The translations under genes were made by a program, and so were the position numbers. This document shows, piece by piece, positions 29,447 to 38,768 of a stretch of 64,000 nt of DNA (within the stretch, counting starts at the first letter, position 1; each line of letters begins with the position of its first letter). Origin of the DNA: an uncultured Gammaproteobacteria bacterium (GTDB taxonomy: Bacteria > Patescibacteriota > Microgenomatia > UBA8517); assembly GCA_964427735.1 (NCBI GenBank), contig CAYRUS010000002.1:3734-67733 (forward strand), given 5' to 3'. Under the pieces are notes generated by a model. It worked only from the letters and a program-made list of their open reading frames with translations. It searched no databases and was not told where the DNA came from.

Positions 29447-29454
29447 AATACAAT

Positions 29455-30072
29455 TTAAATTTCTCTTCTCCCTTGGATAGCTTGAGTCAAAGTAGTTTCA
29501 TCTGCATACTCAACATCCGCACCTGTGGGAATTCCCATACCCAAACGTGTTACCAAAGGACCTGTGTTTCCATTATTAAGTTCAGAGAACTTTCTTTTAA
29601 TATACATCGCTGTAGCATCCCCTTCCATAGTTGGGTTTGTGGCAATTATGACTTCCGTAACATTATTAGCATTATCTATTACACGGTTTATTAACTGAGG
29701 TATAAAAATCTCATCAGGCCCAATATTATCTAAAGGGTTTATTGCTCCGTGCAAGACATGATAAACACCAGAATATTTTCCTGTTCTCTCAAATGCAAGA
29801 ATATCCAAAGGCTGCTCCACTACCATTATGATGGTATCATCACGATTTCTATCACTACAAACAGTGCAGGGATCCATGTCTGAAATATTATGGCAAATCG
29901 AACACATAACAGTATTTCTTTTGAGGTTTTCTAATGCTTGTGCAAAATCATCAAGTTGTTTTTGAGGAACATGCAAAAGATAAAAAGTGAGACGTTGAGC
30001 ACTTTTAGGTCCTATACCCGGTAGTTTTTCAAAAGAATCAATTAATTCAGAAATTGCTTTAGGAATTCTCAT
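29455..30072 (-). CDS. recR: Recombination mediator RecR
   Basis: LPGIGPKSAQRL, C4 zinc finger, Toprim ATNPTMEGD. Confidence 0.97.
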   Translation of the reverse strand: MRIPKAISELIDSFEKLPGIGPKSAQRLTFYLLHVPQKQLDDFAQALENLKRNTVMCSICHNISDMDPCTVCSDRNRDDTIIMVVEQPLDILAFERTGKYSGVYHVLHGAINPLDNIGPDEIFIPQLINRVIDNANNVTEVIIATNPTMEGDATAMYIKRKFSELNNGNTGPLVTRLGMGIPTGADVEYADETTLTQAIQGRREI

Positions 30073-30119
30073 ACCTTAATACAGTATATCAACTTGAAGC
30101 TATTTTCAATCGAGAGTAA

Positions 30120-30404
30120 CTACTTGCCTAAAAGTCCTGAAAGACCTCCACCCATTTCCATCATCTTTTGAGCTGCTTTTTTCTGAACTTCCTGCATAGC
30201 CTTGTTTATTGCTTTTTTAACATCATCACGCTCTTCTCCATTAATCTCAATATATACAACTTCCTGAGCACCGTTTATTTTTACTCTTACATCACCATCT
30301 TCAATGCTTACTTCTTCTTTCTCAAGCTCTTTTTTCATTTTCATAGCCTGAGAACGCATTTTCCTTAATTCATTTAACTGCTGTACTTTTCCAAAACTTG
30401 CCAT
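30120..30404 (-). CDS. ybaB: YbaB/EbfC nucleoid-associated protein
   Basis: Sequence pattern and dnaX-ybaB-recR synteny. Confidence 0.85.
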   Translation of the reverse strand: MASFGKVQQLNELRKMRSQAMKMKKELEKEEVSIEDGDVRVKINGAQEVVYIEINGEERDDVKKAINKAMQEVQKKAAQKMMEMGGGLSGLLGK

Positions 30405-30450
30405 AATATGTTTATTATAACTTTTTTTATTTAGTAATCAAACAGAGGAA

Positions 30451-32055
30451 TTAACTCCCGAAAACATCTTTTGCTATATTAACTACACTTCCATCTCTAC
30501 TTTCTTCCAACACAACTTCTTCTTTGATAGTGGGGTCTATGGTAGAATCATTCAAAATATCCTTGGGAGGAGAAGTTAATCTACAAACAACTTTTACAGG
30601 TTTTCCTGTTACTACGCTTATCGTATCTTCCAATATCCTTCTATTATTTATGTCTTCCAAACGCTCCTTATGAAATGAATAGTAAACCCCCATTTCCAAT
30701 CTTTCCCCATCAAATGAAAGAGGCTGTACAGCTCTCAAAAGAGCTTCTATTGATGCATTTACAGGTCTTATTGCCAATAGTATTTTTCTCCATACATCCT
30801 CGCTCACTCCACCGTCACTAATTTCTAACGTTTTATCTAAAGTGGCACGCTCAGTCGGACTCGATTGATTTTTTTTTACCGCGTCTGATTTCACTGTTTT
30901 GTTATGTCCATTTCCATTAGATCTTGATTTAGTCTCATCGCTTTCTATCGGGGGTTTTTGTAATTTCTTTACCTCATCGCACCATTTTATTGTGGCAGTA
31001 ATTAATGGTAGATGCTCAAGGTAAGATCCGTGCAAATTTTTATAAGTTTTTTCCATTAGTTCAGACAATCTTAAAAGATCTTCTGTGTCTAGTTTTTTGA
31101 ATTCTTTTTGGGAATCCTTACTTTGGAGATCATATCTTGCAAGAAGTTCATCGTGTATATAGGTCAATATCTCCTCCAAAATAACTTTAATAGATACTCC
31201 TTCTGAAACACATTTTTGAATTTGTTCCAAAGCATCTTTTGAGTTTCTTTCTGCTAAGGCTTGTATAATAGCTGCCGCATAACCTTCTGAGCTAAACAAA
31301 TACTTATCCAATTCTTTATTATCATCAAGATCTACTTCCAATGTGATTAATTGTTCAAGCAATTTATGTGCATCTCTAAATGAACCTCCAGCTGTTAAAG
31401 CTATTTTTTCTAATACCCGATCATCTACTTTCTTTTTTTCCCCAACAGCAATTTTTTTCAATGATTTTACCAATTCATCTGTAGAAGCTTTAGTAAAAAC
31501 TACATTTGTTGCTCTTGATCTAATTGTTCCAATTAACTTTTCCGGGTTAGTAGTTGCTAGAATAAAAATCACGTGCTCAGGAGGCTCTTCAAGTGTTTTA
31601 AGTAAAGCATTAGACGCTTCTGTGGTTAACATGTGAGCTTCATCAATAATGTAAACTTTTTTATCTGCTGCAACCGGTGCCAAACCCACAGCTTCTCGCA
31701 ATGAGCGTATATCATCTATACCCCGATGACTTGCTGCATCCATCTCGATCACATCTATGTTTGTCCCTTTAGTTACAGAAACACATTGTGTACATATGTT
31801 GCATGGTTCACCTGATTCATCTGGATTTAAGCAATTAACAGCCTTAGCAAGAAGCCTTGCAGCTGAAGTTTTACCAGTTCCTTTTGGACCGGAAAACAAA
31901 AAGGCATGAGAGATTGTTTTTTTTTCAATTATTTTTTCTAAACTTTGTCTGACACTAGTAATATCTAGATCCTTAATTTTTTGAGGACGATATTTGAGAT
32001 AGAATGCTGACATGGTGGGTATCAACAATATAAAAGGTTTAATCTGCTTTGACAA
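30451..32055 (-). CDS. dnaX: DNA polymerase III subunit gamma/tau
   Basis: YLKYRP, GPKGTGKTS, DAASHRGID, IIDEAHML; true start probably Met15 (32013). Confidence 0.96.
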   Translation of the reverse strand: MSKQIKPFILLIPTMSAFYLKYRPQKIKDLDITSVRQSLEKIIEKKTISHAFLFSGPKGTGKTSAARLLAKAVNCLNPDESGEPCNICTQCVSVTKGTNIDVIEMDAASHRGIDDIRSLREAVGLAPVAADKKVYIIDEAHMLTTEASNALLKTLEEPPEHVIFILATTNPEKLIGTIRSRATNVVFTKASTDELVKSLKKIAVGEKKKVDDRVLEKIALTAGGSFRDAHKLLEQLITLEVDLDDNKELDKYLFSSEGYAAAIIQALAERNSKDALEQIQKCVSEGVSIKVILEEILTYIHDELLARYDLQSKDSQKEFKKLDTEDLLRLSELMEKTYKNLHGSYLEHLPLITATIKWCDEVKKLQKPPIESDETKSRSNGNGHNKTVKSDAVKKNQSSPTERATLDKTLEISDGGVSEDVWRKILLAIRPVNASIEALLRAVQPLSFDGERLEMGVYYSFHKERLEDINNRRILEDTISVVTGKPVKVVCRLTSPPKDILNDSTIDPTIKEEVVLEESRDGSVVNIAKDVFGS

Positions 32056-32076
32056 CCACCTAAAACTACAAATTTA

Positions 32077-32493
32077 TCAATCGTGATGAATCCCCATTAG
32101 ATGTGTAGCTCCATGTTCTACAAGCTCATATACTTTGTCATCAATTCTTTTTCTTCCTCGTTTGGCTTCTTCAAAAGCAACTGGGTAACAAACAACTATC
32201 TCTCCGAAATAAACATAGTCTTCTGGATACACAAATTTGTTGGGATTTTTATCCAAACCCGAAGGCATTCTGTCTTCACTTGCAGTAAAAGAAAGAACAT
32301 TATGAGTAGGATCACTTGGTTTCTCATTCAAATACCTTCTACCAAGTTCTTTCATCTTCTTCTCCCCTACAATGGCAATGGAAATAACGACCTCTTTGTT
32401 CACTCCATGACTCCTCAGAAACTTCTCCAACTTCCTTTTCAAAGGAACAGCGTCAATAGGATAATTTGATTGTTTACGTACGTATATTTTCAT
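32077..32493 (-). CDS. ybeY: rRNA maturation RNase YbeY
   Basis: HGATHLMGIHH metal motif, NVLSF. Confidence 0.9.
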   Translation of the reverse strand: MKIYVRKQSNYPIDAVPLKRKLEKFLRSHGVNKEVVISIAIVGEKKMKELGRRYLNEKPSDPTHNVLSFTASEDRMPSGLDKNPNKFVYPEDYVYFGEIVVCYPVAFEEAKRGRKRIDDKVYELVEHGATHLMGIHHD

Positions 32494-32547
32494 ATAAGTA
32501 AAATTTCGATTTTTGCCAATTTTGATAGATTAGTTTTGAAGTAAATT

Positions 32548-32991
32548 TTAGTTCTTCAACTTACTTTCTACGATCGTTCGCACCTCGTTGCCATCTGCTC
32601 TTCCCTTGGCTTGATTCATTACATGTCCCATTACCTTTCCCATGTCAGCAAGAGAACTTGCATTTAATTCCCGAATTGCATTTTCAACCATTTTTTCTAC
32701 TTCCTCTTCTGATAAATCCGCAGGCAAAAATTCCTGAAGAATTTCCAGTTCTTTCTTTTCTATCTCTACCTGCTCATTCCTTCCTGCAGAAACAAACGCA
32801 TCGATTGCATCTTTTCTTTTTTTGACCTCTACTCGTATAGCATCAAGAACTTCTTCATTAGTCAAGTCTTCTCTCTTGTCTATCTTTAGGTTCTGTAGAT
32901 TAGACGACAACAATCTTAAGGTTGAAACCTTAACTGAGTCTTTGGCCTTCATCGCCTCTATGAGTTGTTTTTTTATTTTGTCAGCTAACAT
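32548..32991 (-). CDS. GatB/YqeY domain protein
   Basis: AMKAKD...KKRKDAI...DMGKVM...GRADG. Confidence 0.92.
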   Translation of the reverse strand: MLADKIKKQLIEAMKAKDSVKVSTLRLLSSNLQNLKIDKREDLTNEEVLDAIRVEVKKRKDAIDAFVSAGRNEQVEIEKKELEILQEFLPADLSEEEVEKMVENAIRELNASSLADMGKVMGHVMNQAKGRADGNEVRTIVESKLKN

Positions 32992-33320
32992 TATAATTCT
33001 ACTTCTGCACTCAAGCCTGTTAAGAAATGTACATGCATGTGTTTAACCATGGCAGATGTTCCTGCATTATTAACTATCCTAAATCCTTGACTGTTTCTCT
33101 CTTTAGCCAGTTGAAGTATAACACTTTTTATCTCCGTCCATAAGCTATCACTTGCATCTCTAATGTCTATTAAATGCTTTTTTGGAACAATCAACAAATG
33201 AGTTTCAGCTTGAGGGTTGATATCTGGAAAAACAATTAAATTATCTGTTTCCTTGATAATTTGTGCCTCTGCTTCTTTTTTAGCAATTTTACAAAAAATA
33301 CAATTTTCCATATAAAGCAA
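32991..33320 (-). CDS. HIT family hydrolase
   Basis: CIFCKI, DINPQA, HMHVH. Confidence 0.92.
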   Translation of the reverse strand: MLYMENCIFCKIAKKEAEAQIIKETDNLIVFPDINPQAETHLLIVPKKHLIDIRDASDSLWTEIKSVILQLAKERNSQGFRIVNNAGTSAMVKHMHVHFLTGLSAEVEL

Positions 33321-33362
33321 AGTATAAAATATATTAGTAAATTAGTTAAGTTTCAAAGGGAT

Positions 33363-33668
33363 CTACTTAATCTTAGATAATACTTCTGTCCCTTCACTGG
33401 TTCTTTTTATCATTTCATAAACATTAAACCCTTTTTTGTCTAATCCTTCTATGATTATTTCTATACACCGGATTCCATTTAATTCCATGAATAATAAGTT
33501 GACTGTAGCTGAACCATCATCGTTTACTTCCATGTAATTTTTATGCTTTAAATAAACCTGGTAAAAATCAAGGTTCATATCTTTTGAAATTGCTTCTACT
33601 TCCTCAGGAGAAAATTCGTATCTTTCACCTACTTCAAAACCTAGAAATTTTCTTATATATCTTTCCAT
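33363..33668 (-). CDS. Hypothetical protein
   Basis: 101-aa ORF inside the proS operon. Confidence 0.6.
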   Translation of the reverse strand: MERYIRKFLGFEVGERYEFSPEEVEAISKDMNLDFYQVYLKHKNYMEVNDDGSATVNLLFMELNGIRCIEIIIEGLDKKGFNVYEMIKRTSEGTEVLSKIK

Positions 33669-33673
33669 TAAAT

Positions 33674-34930
33674 TTAGCCAGTATTATGAATTAAGTTAAA
33701 TAAATCATCAACACTTAAAATTTTACTGTCTTTCTCATTGCGCTTTTTAATTTCCAGTTTACCTGCGGTTTTTTCTGATGTTATCACACGAAAAGGAATT
33801 CCAATTAAATCTGCATCTGAAAATTTCTCGCCAGCACTTACATCTCTATCATCCAAAAGTACCTCTATACCATTTTCTAAGAGCTTATTATATACTTCCT
33901 CTCCATTACCACCTGGCAATTGAACTAAATGAACATCAAAAGGAGCAATTTCTTCACCCCATATTATTCCTTTCTCATCATTGCTTACCTCAACCCAAGT
34001 TCCCATTACTCTAGTAGATCCGATTCCGTAGCTTCCAAGGTACAAATGTTTCTTTTCACCGTTTTCGTTAATAAAGGTTATTCCCATCTTTTCTGAATAG
34101 CTTGTTCCAAAAGGAAATATGTTTCCTACCTCTATTGATTTAGATTTAATAACTTGCCCTCCACAATTTGGACAAACTTGTTTTGCACTTTCATTTAAAG
34201 GTTCTTTTACTGCATTGGGGTCAAAAACTTCTTTGTTTACAGCCCAATCACAATTCTCACAATAGAAAATAGTATCTTCTCCTCCACTAGCAGGAACTTG
34301 AAATTCATTTGTTAGATTATCAGTAAATACTCCTCCTCCGGCTTCTGTAATTTTTATATCAAATCCAATTCTTTCAAATATTCTTGAATAAGCATCTTTT
34401 ACTTTGTTGTAATAATTCCAAAAGTCTTCTTCTGTGGAATGTACACTATAAAGATCCTTCATCATAAACTCTCGACCTCTTAGTATTCCGGACTTTGCCC
34501 TTGGTTCATTTCGAAATTTGGTAGAAAAATGATACAAAGCAAGGGGTAGATCCTGATAACTGTCAACATGCTTTCTGATTAAATCCAAGAATATTTCTTC
34601 GTGTGTAAAAGAAAGAGCAAACTCTTTATTTCTTGTATCTGTAAATTGATACATTACTTCTTTAGCAGTTTCCCATCTTCCTGTTTCATTCCAAATTGAT
34701 TTAGGATGAAGCAACGGCATTAAAATTTCTTGAGCTCCAATTTTGTTGAGTTCTTCACGAACAATATTATTTATTCTATCAACAACTCTCCAACCCAAAG
34801 GAAGCAAAGTCCAGCTACCACTCATTAGCTGATCAATAAAACCAGCTCTAACAAGTAACTTATGATTTATACTCTCTGAATCTTTGGGAGGTTCTTTCTT
34901 TGTTTTTGGAAATAGTACTGACTGCCTCAT
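33674..34930 (-). CDS. proS: Proline--tRNA ligase, short form without editing domain
   Basis: THEE, KFRNEPRAKSGILRGREFMMKDLYS, IEVGNIF, anticodon-binding domain. Confidence 0.95.
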   Translation of the reverse strand: MRQSVLFPKTKKEPPKDSESINHKLLVRAGFIDQLMSGSWTLLPLGWRVVDRINNIVREELNKIGAQEILMPLLHPKSIWNETGRWETAKEVMYQFTDTRNKEFALSFTHEEIFLDLIRKHVDSYQDLPLALYHFSTKFRNEPRAKSGILRGREFMMKDLYSVHSTEEDFWNYYNKVKDAYSRIFERIGFDIKITEAGGGVFTDNLTNEFQVPASGGEDTIFYCENCDWAVNKEVFDPNAVKEPLNESAKQVCPNCGGQVIKSKSIEVGNIFPFGTSYSEKMGITFINENGEKKHLYLGSYGIGSTRVMGTWVEVSNDEKGIIWGEEIAPFDVHLVQLPGGNGEEVYNKLLENGIEVLLDDRDVSAGEKFSDADLIGIPFRVITSEKTAGKLEIKKRNEKDSKILSVDDLFNLIHNTG

Positions 34931-36063
34931 GGTTGCTGTTGAGCAGATTCTATAATTGAATCAATGAAACCATCCACACCACCAGCTTTTACTAATCTTT
35001 GGATATCATAAGCAGTGATAGCAAATAGCAATGCTAGTAAAAAAACCATTCCAATGGTATGTACATATGACTCAATTTTTGGAACGACCTTCTTGCCAAA
35101 AGCTGACTCAATTGCAACAAATAGCAATCTGCCGCCATCCAATGCAGGAAATGGCAAGATATTTAATATAGCCAAATTAAGAGATATGACTCCAAGAATA
35201 TTAATAAGTGGTAATATTCCAAATCTCGCCGCCTGTGTAGTCACTGCATAAATTCCAAATGGACCAGCCACATCAGAAGGAACTTCCCCTACAAAAAGTC
35301 TACTAATTAAACTTCCTAAGCCTACAATAATTTGCTGTCCCCAAAAAATTGACTCCTTTAATCCATAATAAACACCAACAAAAGGTCTTTGCCAAATTGG
35401 TGGTGTATAAATTTCTGTAGATGTAATAATCACTCCTAGTGATCCTTGCCCTTCAGGAGGGTCTAATCTTGGTGTAACCAATACAGTTTTTTCTTCTTCG
35501 CCAGGACCTTTTAGTTCCAAGCTAATTTCTTTACCGGAGTTTTCCCTCATAAGCTGCTGAAAACTTTCTACAGAATTAACAGCTTCTCCATTGACGGAAA
35601 CAATTACTTCTTCAGGTTCAATCCCCACTTCTGAGGCTGGTGAGCTCTCTTGTGTTTCTACTACCCTAACTTGATCAGTTTCCCTAGGAATTCCTGTAAA
35701 TGAATAAACAATTGCAAATGCAAATACTGCTAGCAAGAAATTCATAATCACACCTGCTGTAAGTATTGTTGCGCGAGTTAATTTACTTTTGTTGATAAAT
35801 GCTTGGTCTGGTTTGGTAACTCCTTCTTCACTGTTTTCACCATGTAAACGGACGAAACCACCAAAAGGAAGGGCATTTATGGAATAGAGTGTGTCTCCTA
35901 TTTTTTTGCCCCAAATTCTTGGTGGGATTCCAAAACCAAATTCTTCAACCCATATTCCTGCTCTCCTTGCTGCAATAAAATGCCCTGCCTCGTGAACCAA
36001 AACAAGAATTGATAGTACTATAAAAAATATTAATACAGACATGCATTTATAAGTATAAAGCAT
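34927..36063 (-). CDS. rseP: RIP metalloprotease RseP (M50, PDZ)
   Basis: HEAGH, PDZ (SPASEVG), NILPFPALDGG; true start probably Met8. Confidence 0.93.
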   Translation of the reverse strand: MLYTYKCMSVLIFFIVLSILVLVHEAGHFIAARRAGIWVEEFGFGIPPRIWGKKIGDTLYSINALPFGGFVRLHGENSEEGVTKPDQAFINKSKLTRATILTAGVIMNFLLAVFAFAIVYSFTGIPRETDQVRVVETQESSPASEVGIEPEEVIVSVNGEAVNSVESFQQLMRENSGKEISLELKGPGEEEKTVLVTPRLDPPEGQGSLGVIITSTEIYTPPIWQRPFVGVYYGLKESIFWGQQIIVGLGSLISRLFVGEVPSDVAGPFGIYAVTTQAARFGILPLINILGVISLNLAILNILPFPALDGGRLLFVAIESAFGKKVVPKIESYVHTIGMVFLLALLFAITAYDIQRLVKAGGVDGFIDSIIESAQQQP

Positions 36064-36372
36064 GTCTAAATTAAGGTAAAGCTGAAGATAGAATATACAA
36101 GTAGAACAATATAAGATTTTAATTTTGTATTTTTAAAAATTGACAAATTATAGGTTTAAGTGTAAATTACCAGAAATGACAAGTAAAACAGAGATATATA
36201 TCTGCCACTGAGCAATTTACTCTCTGAATCATTCGCACAAATTTCTAAATAAAAAACAGTTGTATTAAACTAATAATTTCCAAAAATATATATTTACGAC
36301 AAGAGAGAAATTAGGCAATAACAAAACAATAAATTCAAACAAACTGTCATAAAACTAATTGAAAACAGTAAA

Positions 36373-36850
36373 ATGGCATTAAAAGCTGAGTCAGAAAAAA
36401 AATCCAGAGAAACGTTTTGAAGAAATTCAAGAAAATATTTCAAAACTACTCAATCTTATAATACCTTTAGGATTCGAAACTTTATCTTCTTCTCGAATAC
36501 ATTCCATTCTGCTTAAAAATTATATTTCGACAATAGATTATGATGAAAAAGATATGTGGTCAAACATACTTAAGCTTAAACATAGTAATCAAATTATCAT
36601 CTCTATTGGGGCTAATCTAAACGATCTTAAAGGAAGTATTCATATAACTCCTGAAGGACTTAAGCACGCTCTATACGAAGCTACTCGTGAACTATTTCTT
36701 AATTATACCTATTCTGCAGCAATTCAACGAACAGCACTAAATTTGTTTAATAGAGAATTTGGAAGAGAAGTTAGCCCAAAATTAGATGAATTTGAGAAAA
36801 TTGTAGCATATTTTGGTGGATTCGAAAATGAAATTAATAATCAAACTTGA
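36373..36850 (+). pseudogene. Hypothetical gene frameshifted in an A8 tract (36395-36402); the 36554-36850 ORF is its 3' part
   Basis: Removing one A joins MALKAESEKNPEKRFEEIQ... in frame to MWSNIL... Confidence 0.55.
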
Positions 36851-37395
36851 AGCAACTCTTTTTCTTTGCTTTCTCCTACCTCGTCAATCTTTTTTGTAAA
36901 TTCATCTGTTATTTCTTGAAGAAGCTTTTCTTGTCTAAACTTTTCATCTTCGGTAATTTCTTTGTTCTCAAATAATTTGTCAATTTCCTTTTTAACATCT
37001 CCTCTAATTTGCCTTACCATAATCCTTCCGTTTTCTAGTTTAGTGCGAAGCAGTTTAACATACTTTTCTCTATCTTCCTGAGTCATGGGTGGTAAAACTA
37101 ATCGAATTATCGAGCCATCTATGTTTGGATTCATTCCTAAATTTGATTCCATAATTCCTTTTTTGATATCACCAATTATTGATTTATCCCAAGGCTCAAT
37201 TACTATTGTTTGTGCATCAGGAGTATTTATAGATGCAAGTTCCATTATACGCAAAGTCTGCTGTCCACCATAGGCTGGTATTAAAATATCCTCAACTAAT
37301 GCAGCAGAAGCACGCCCTGTCCTTATTGAAGATATATCTCTTACAAGAAATTGCAAGGCTTCATCCATCTGCCTTCTTACTGAAGTCTCGTCCAT
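36841..37395 (-). CDS. frr: Ribosome recycling factor
   Basis: IRTGRAS, LGMNPNIDG, PPMTQEDR. Confidence 0.96.
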   Translation of the reverse strand: MDETSVRRQMDEALQFLVRDISSIRTGRASAALVEDILIPAYGGQQTLRIMELASINTPDAQTIVIEPWDKSIIGDIKKGIMESNLGMNPNIDGSIIRLVLPPMTQEDREKYVKLLRTKLENGRIMVRQIRGDVKKEIDKLFENKEITEDEKFRQEKLLQEITDEFTKKIDEVGESKEKELLQV

Positions 37396-37411
37396 TTACT
37401 TAGTATAACAA

Positions 37412-37873
37412 TTATTCGCTACCTATCTCAATACGAGTAATTTTACCAATTTGAACATTCTCACCTGTTTTTGCTATAACCTCTTTTACGAGATCTTCAA
37501 TTTTTCTGTCAGGATCTTTTATATAATCTTGCTCCATAAGCTCTTTCGTATCTGCTGCATTCATTGAAGCAACCTGCATTGCTAGTTCACTTGCAAGGTT
37601 TTTAAAAAGATCATTTTTTGCAACAAAGTCAGTCTCGGTAAGAAGTTCTACCATTGCTCCAATTTTTCCGGAATGGTGAATATAACTTCCAATAAATCCC
37701 TGACCGGTTGCTCTATCACTTCTTTTTGCAGCTTTCTCAAATCCTTCTTTTTTGAGTATCTCAATTGCTTTATCTTTATCTCCTGTTTCTTCAAGCACTT
37801 GCTTAGCACGCATTACAGGTGCCCCTGTTTTATCTCTTACTTCTCTAATTAAGTTTGCGTCTATTTTTGCCAT
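37412..37873 (-). CDS. tsf: Elongation factor Ts, short form
   Basis: MAKIDANLIREVRDKTGA, ETDFVA; start corrected to 37873. Confidence 0.95.
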   Translation of the reverse strand: MAKIDANLIREVRDKTGAPVMRAKQVLEETGDKDKAIEILKKEGFEKAAKRSDRATGQGFIGSYIHHSGKIGAMVELLTETDFVAKNDLFKNLASELAMQVASMNAADTKELMEQDYIKDPDRKIEDLVKEVIAKTGENVQIGKITRIEIGSE

Positions 37874-37874
37874 A

Positions 37875-38621
37875 TTAACTTTCCTTTTCTTTTTTTGTTT
37901 TTGGTTTTTCCTCTTTTGCTGTTGACTTTCCTTTGTTTCCCTTTTTTTGTCCATTTACTATCGCTTCTTCCATTAAAGTTAATACATATTCGACTGCCCC
38001 TGCGGAGTCATCATTCATTGGAATAGGATAATCTATCTCTGGATCTGCATTACTGTCTACTAGCCCTATAACTGGTACACCCTCCCTTTTTGCTTCTCTA
38101 ACAGCAGCTTTTTCCTTTTTGACATCAACAATTACTAGCAATTCTGGTTTTTCATTCAAACCTGTTAGTCCTCCAAAAAACCTTTCTAATCTATCAATTT
38201 CTCTATCTATTAAAACTCTTTCTTTTTTTGTGTATATCTTAAATTCTCCTTTTTCGCGCTTTTTCTTAAAGTCTTCAAGCTTGTCAATTGATTTCTTTAT
38301 CTCACTGAAATTTGTTAGTGTTCCACCTAACCAGCGTTCATTTATCCAAAAACTTCCTGTATTTTTTGCTGTTGTCTCAATTGCTTCTTTTGCCTGCCTT
38401 TTTGTTCCTAAAAATATAATTTTTCCACCGGTTGCAGAAACTTTTTCCAGATAATGAAGTGCCTCTTCTAGCTTTTCTTTTGTTTTAGTTAAATCAAAAA
38501 CATGAACATTCTCTTGAGTATCATAGAGAAAATCTTCCATCTTTGGATTCCACCTACGTTTTTGATGTCCAAAATGAGCACCTGTTTCTAAAAGCTGCTT
38601 TAATGATACTTTAACTGCCAT
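37875..38621 (-). CDS. rpsB: 30S ribosomal protein S2
   Basis: GAHFGHQKRRWNPKM, RWLGGTLTNF. Confidence 0.98.
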   Translation of the reverse strand: MAVKVSLKQLLETGAHFGHQKRRWNPKMEDFLYDTQENVHVFDLTKTKEKLEEALHYLEKVSATGGKIIFLGTKRQAKEAIETTAKNTGSFWINERWLGGTLTNFSEIKKSIDKLEDFKKKREKGEFKIYTKKERVLIDREIDRLERFFGGLTGLNEKPELLVIVDVKKEKAAVREAKREGVPVIGLVDSNADPEIDYPIPMNDDSAGAVEYVLTLMEEAIVNGQKKGNKGKSTAKEEKPKTKKEKES

Positions 38622-38634
38622 AATAAATAATAAT

Positions 38635-38725
38635 TTAACGCAGCAAAAGATGGTATTCCCTCCTTGTCCCTTGCACGAAAGTAAAGTTGTAAGCTTCAGG
38701 AGTTTACACTCTCATGCTGTGTCAA
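38635..38725 (-). promoter_or_regulatory. Putative structured rpsB leader (S2 autoregulation)
   Basis: CAGCA...TGCTG closing pairing in a ~100-nt non-coding leader; S2 leaders are known at this position in other bacteria. Confidence 0.35.
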
Positions 38726-38768
38726 ACTAAAGTATGATATAAAATATATTACAATAAATCAAATGCTA

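Noticed and set aside
37874-37954. N-terminal extension of EF-Ts in the ORF track
   Set aside because: Overlaps the rpsB 3' end; EF-Ts similarity begins at Met 37873
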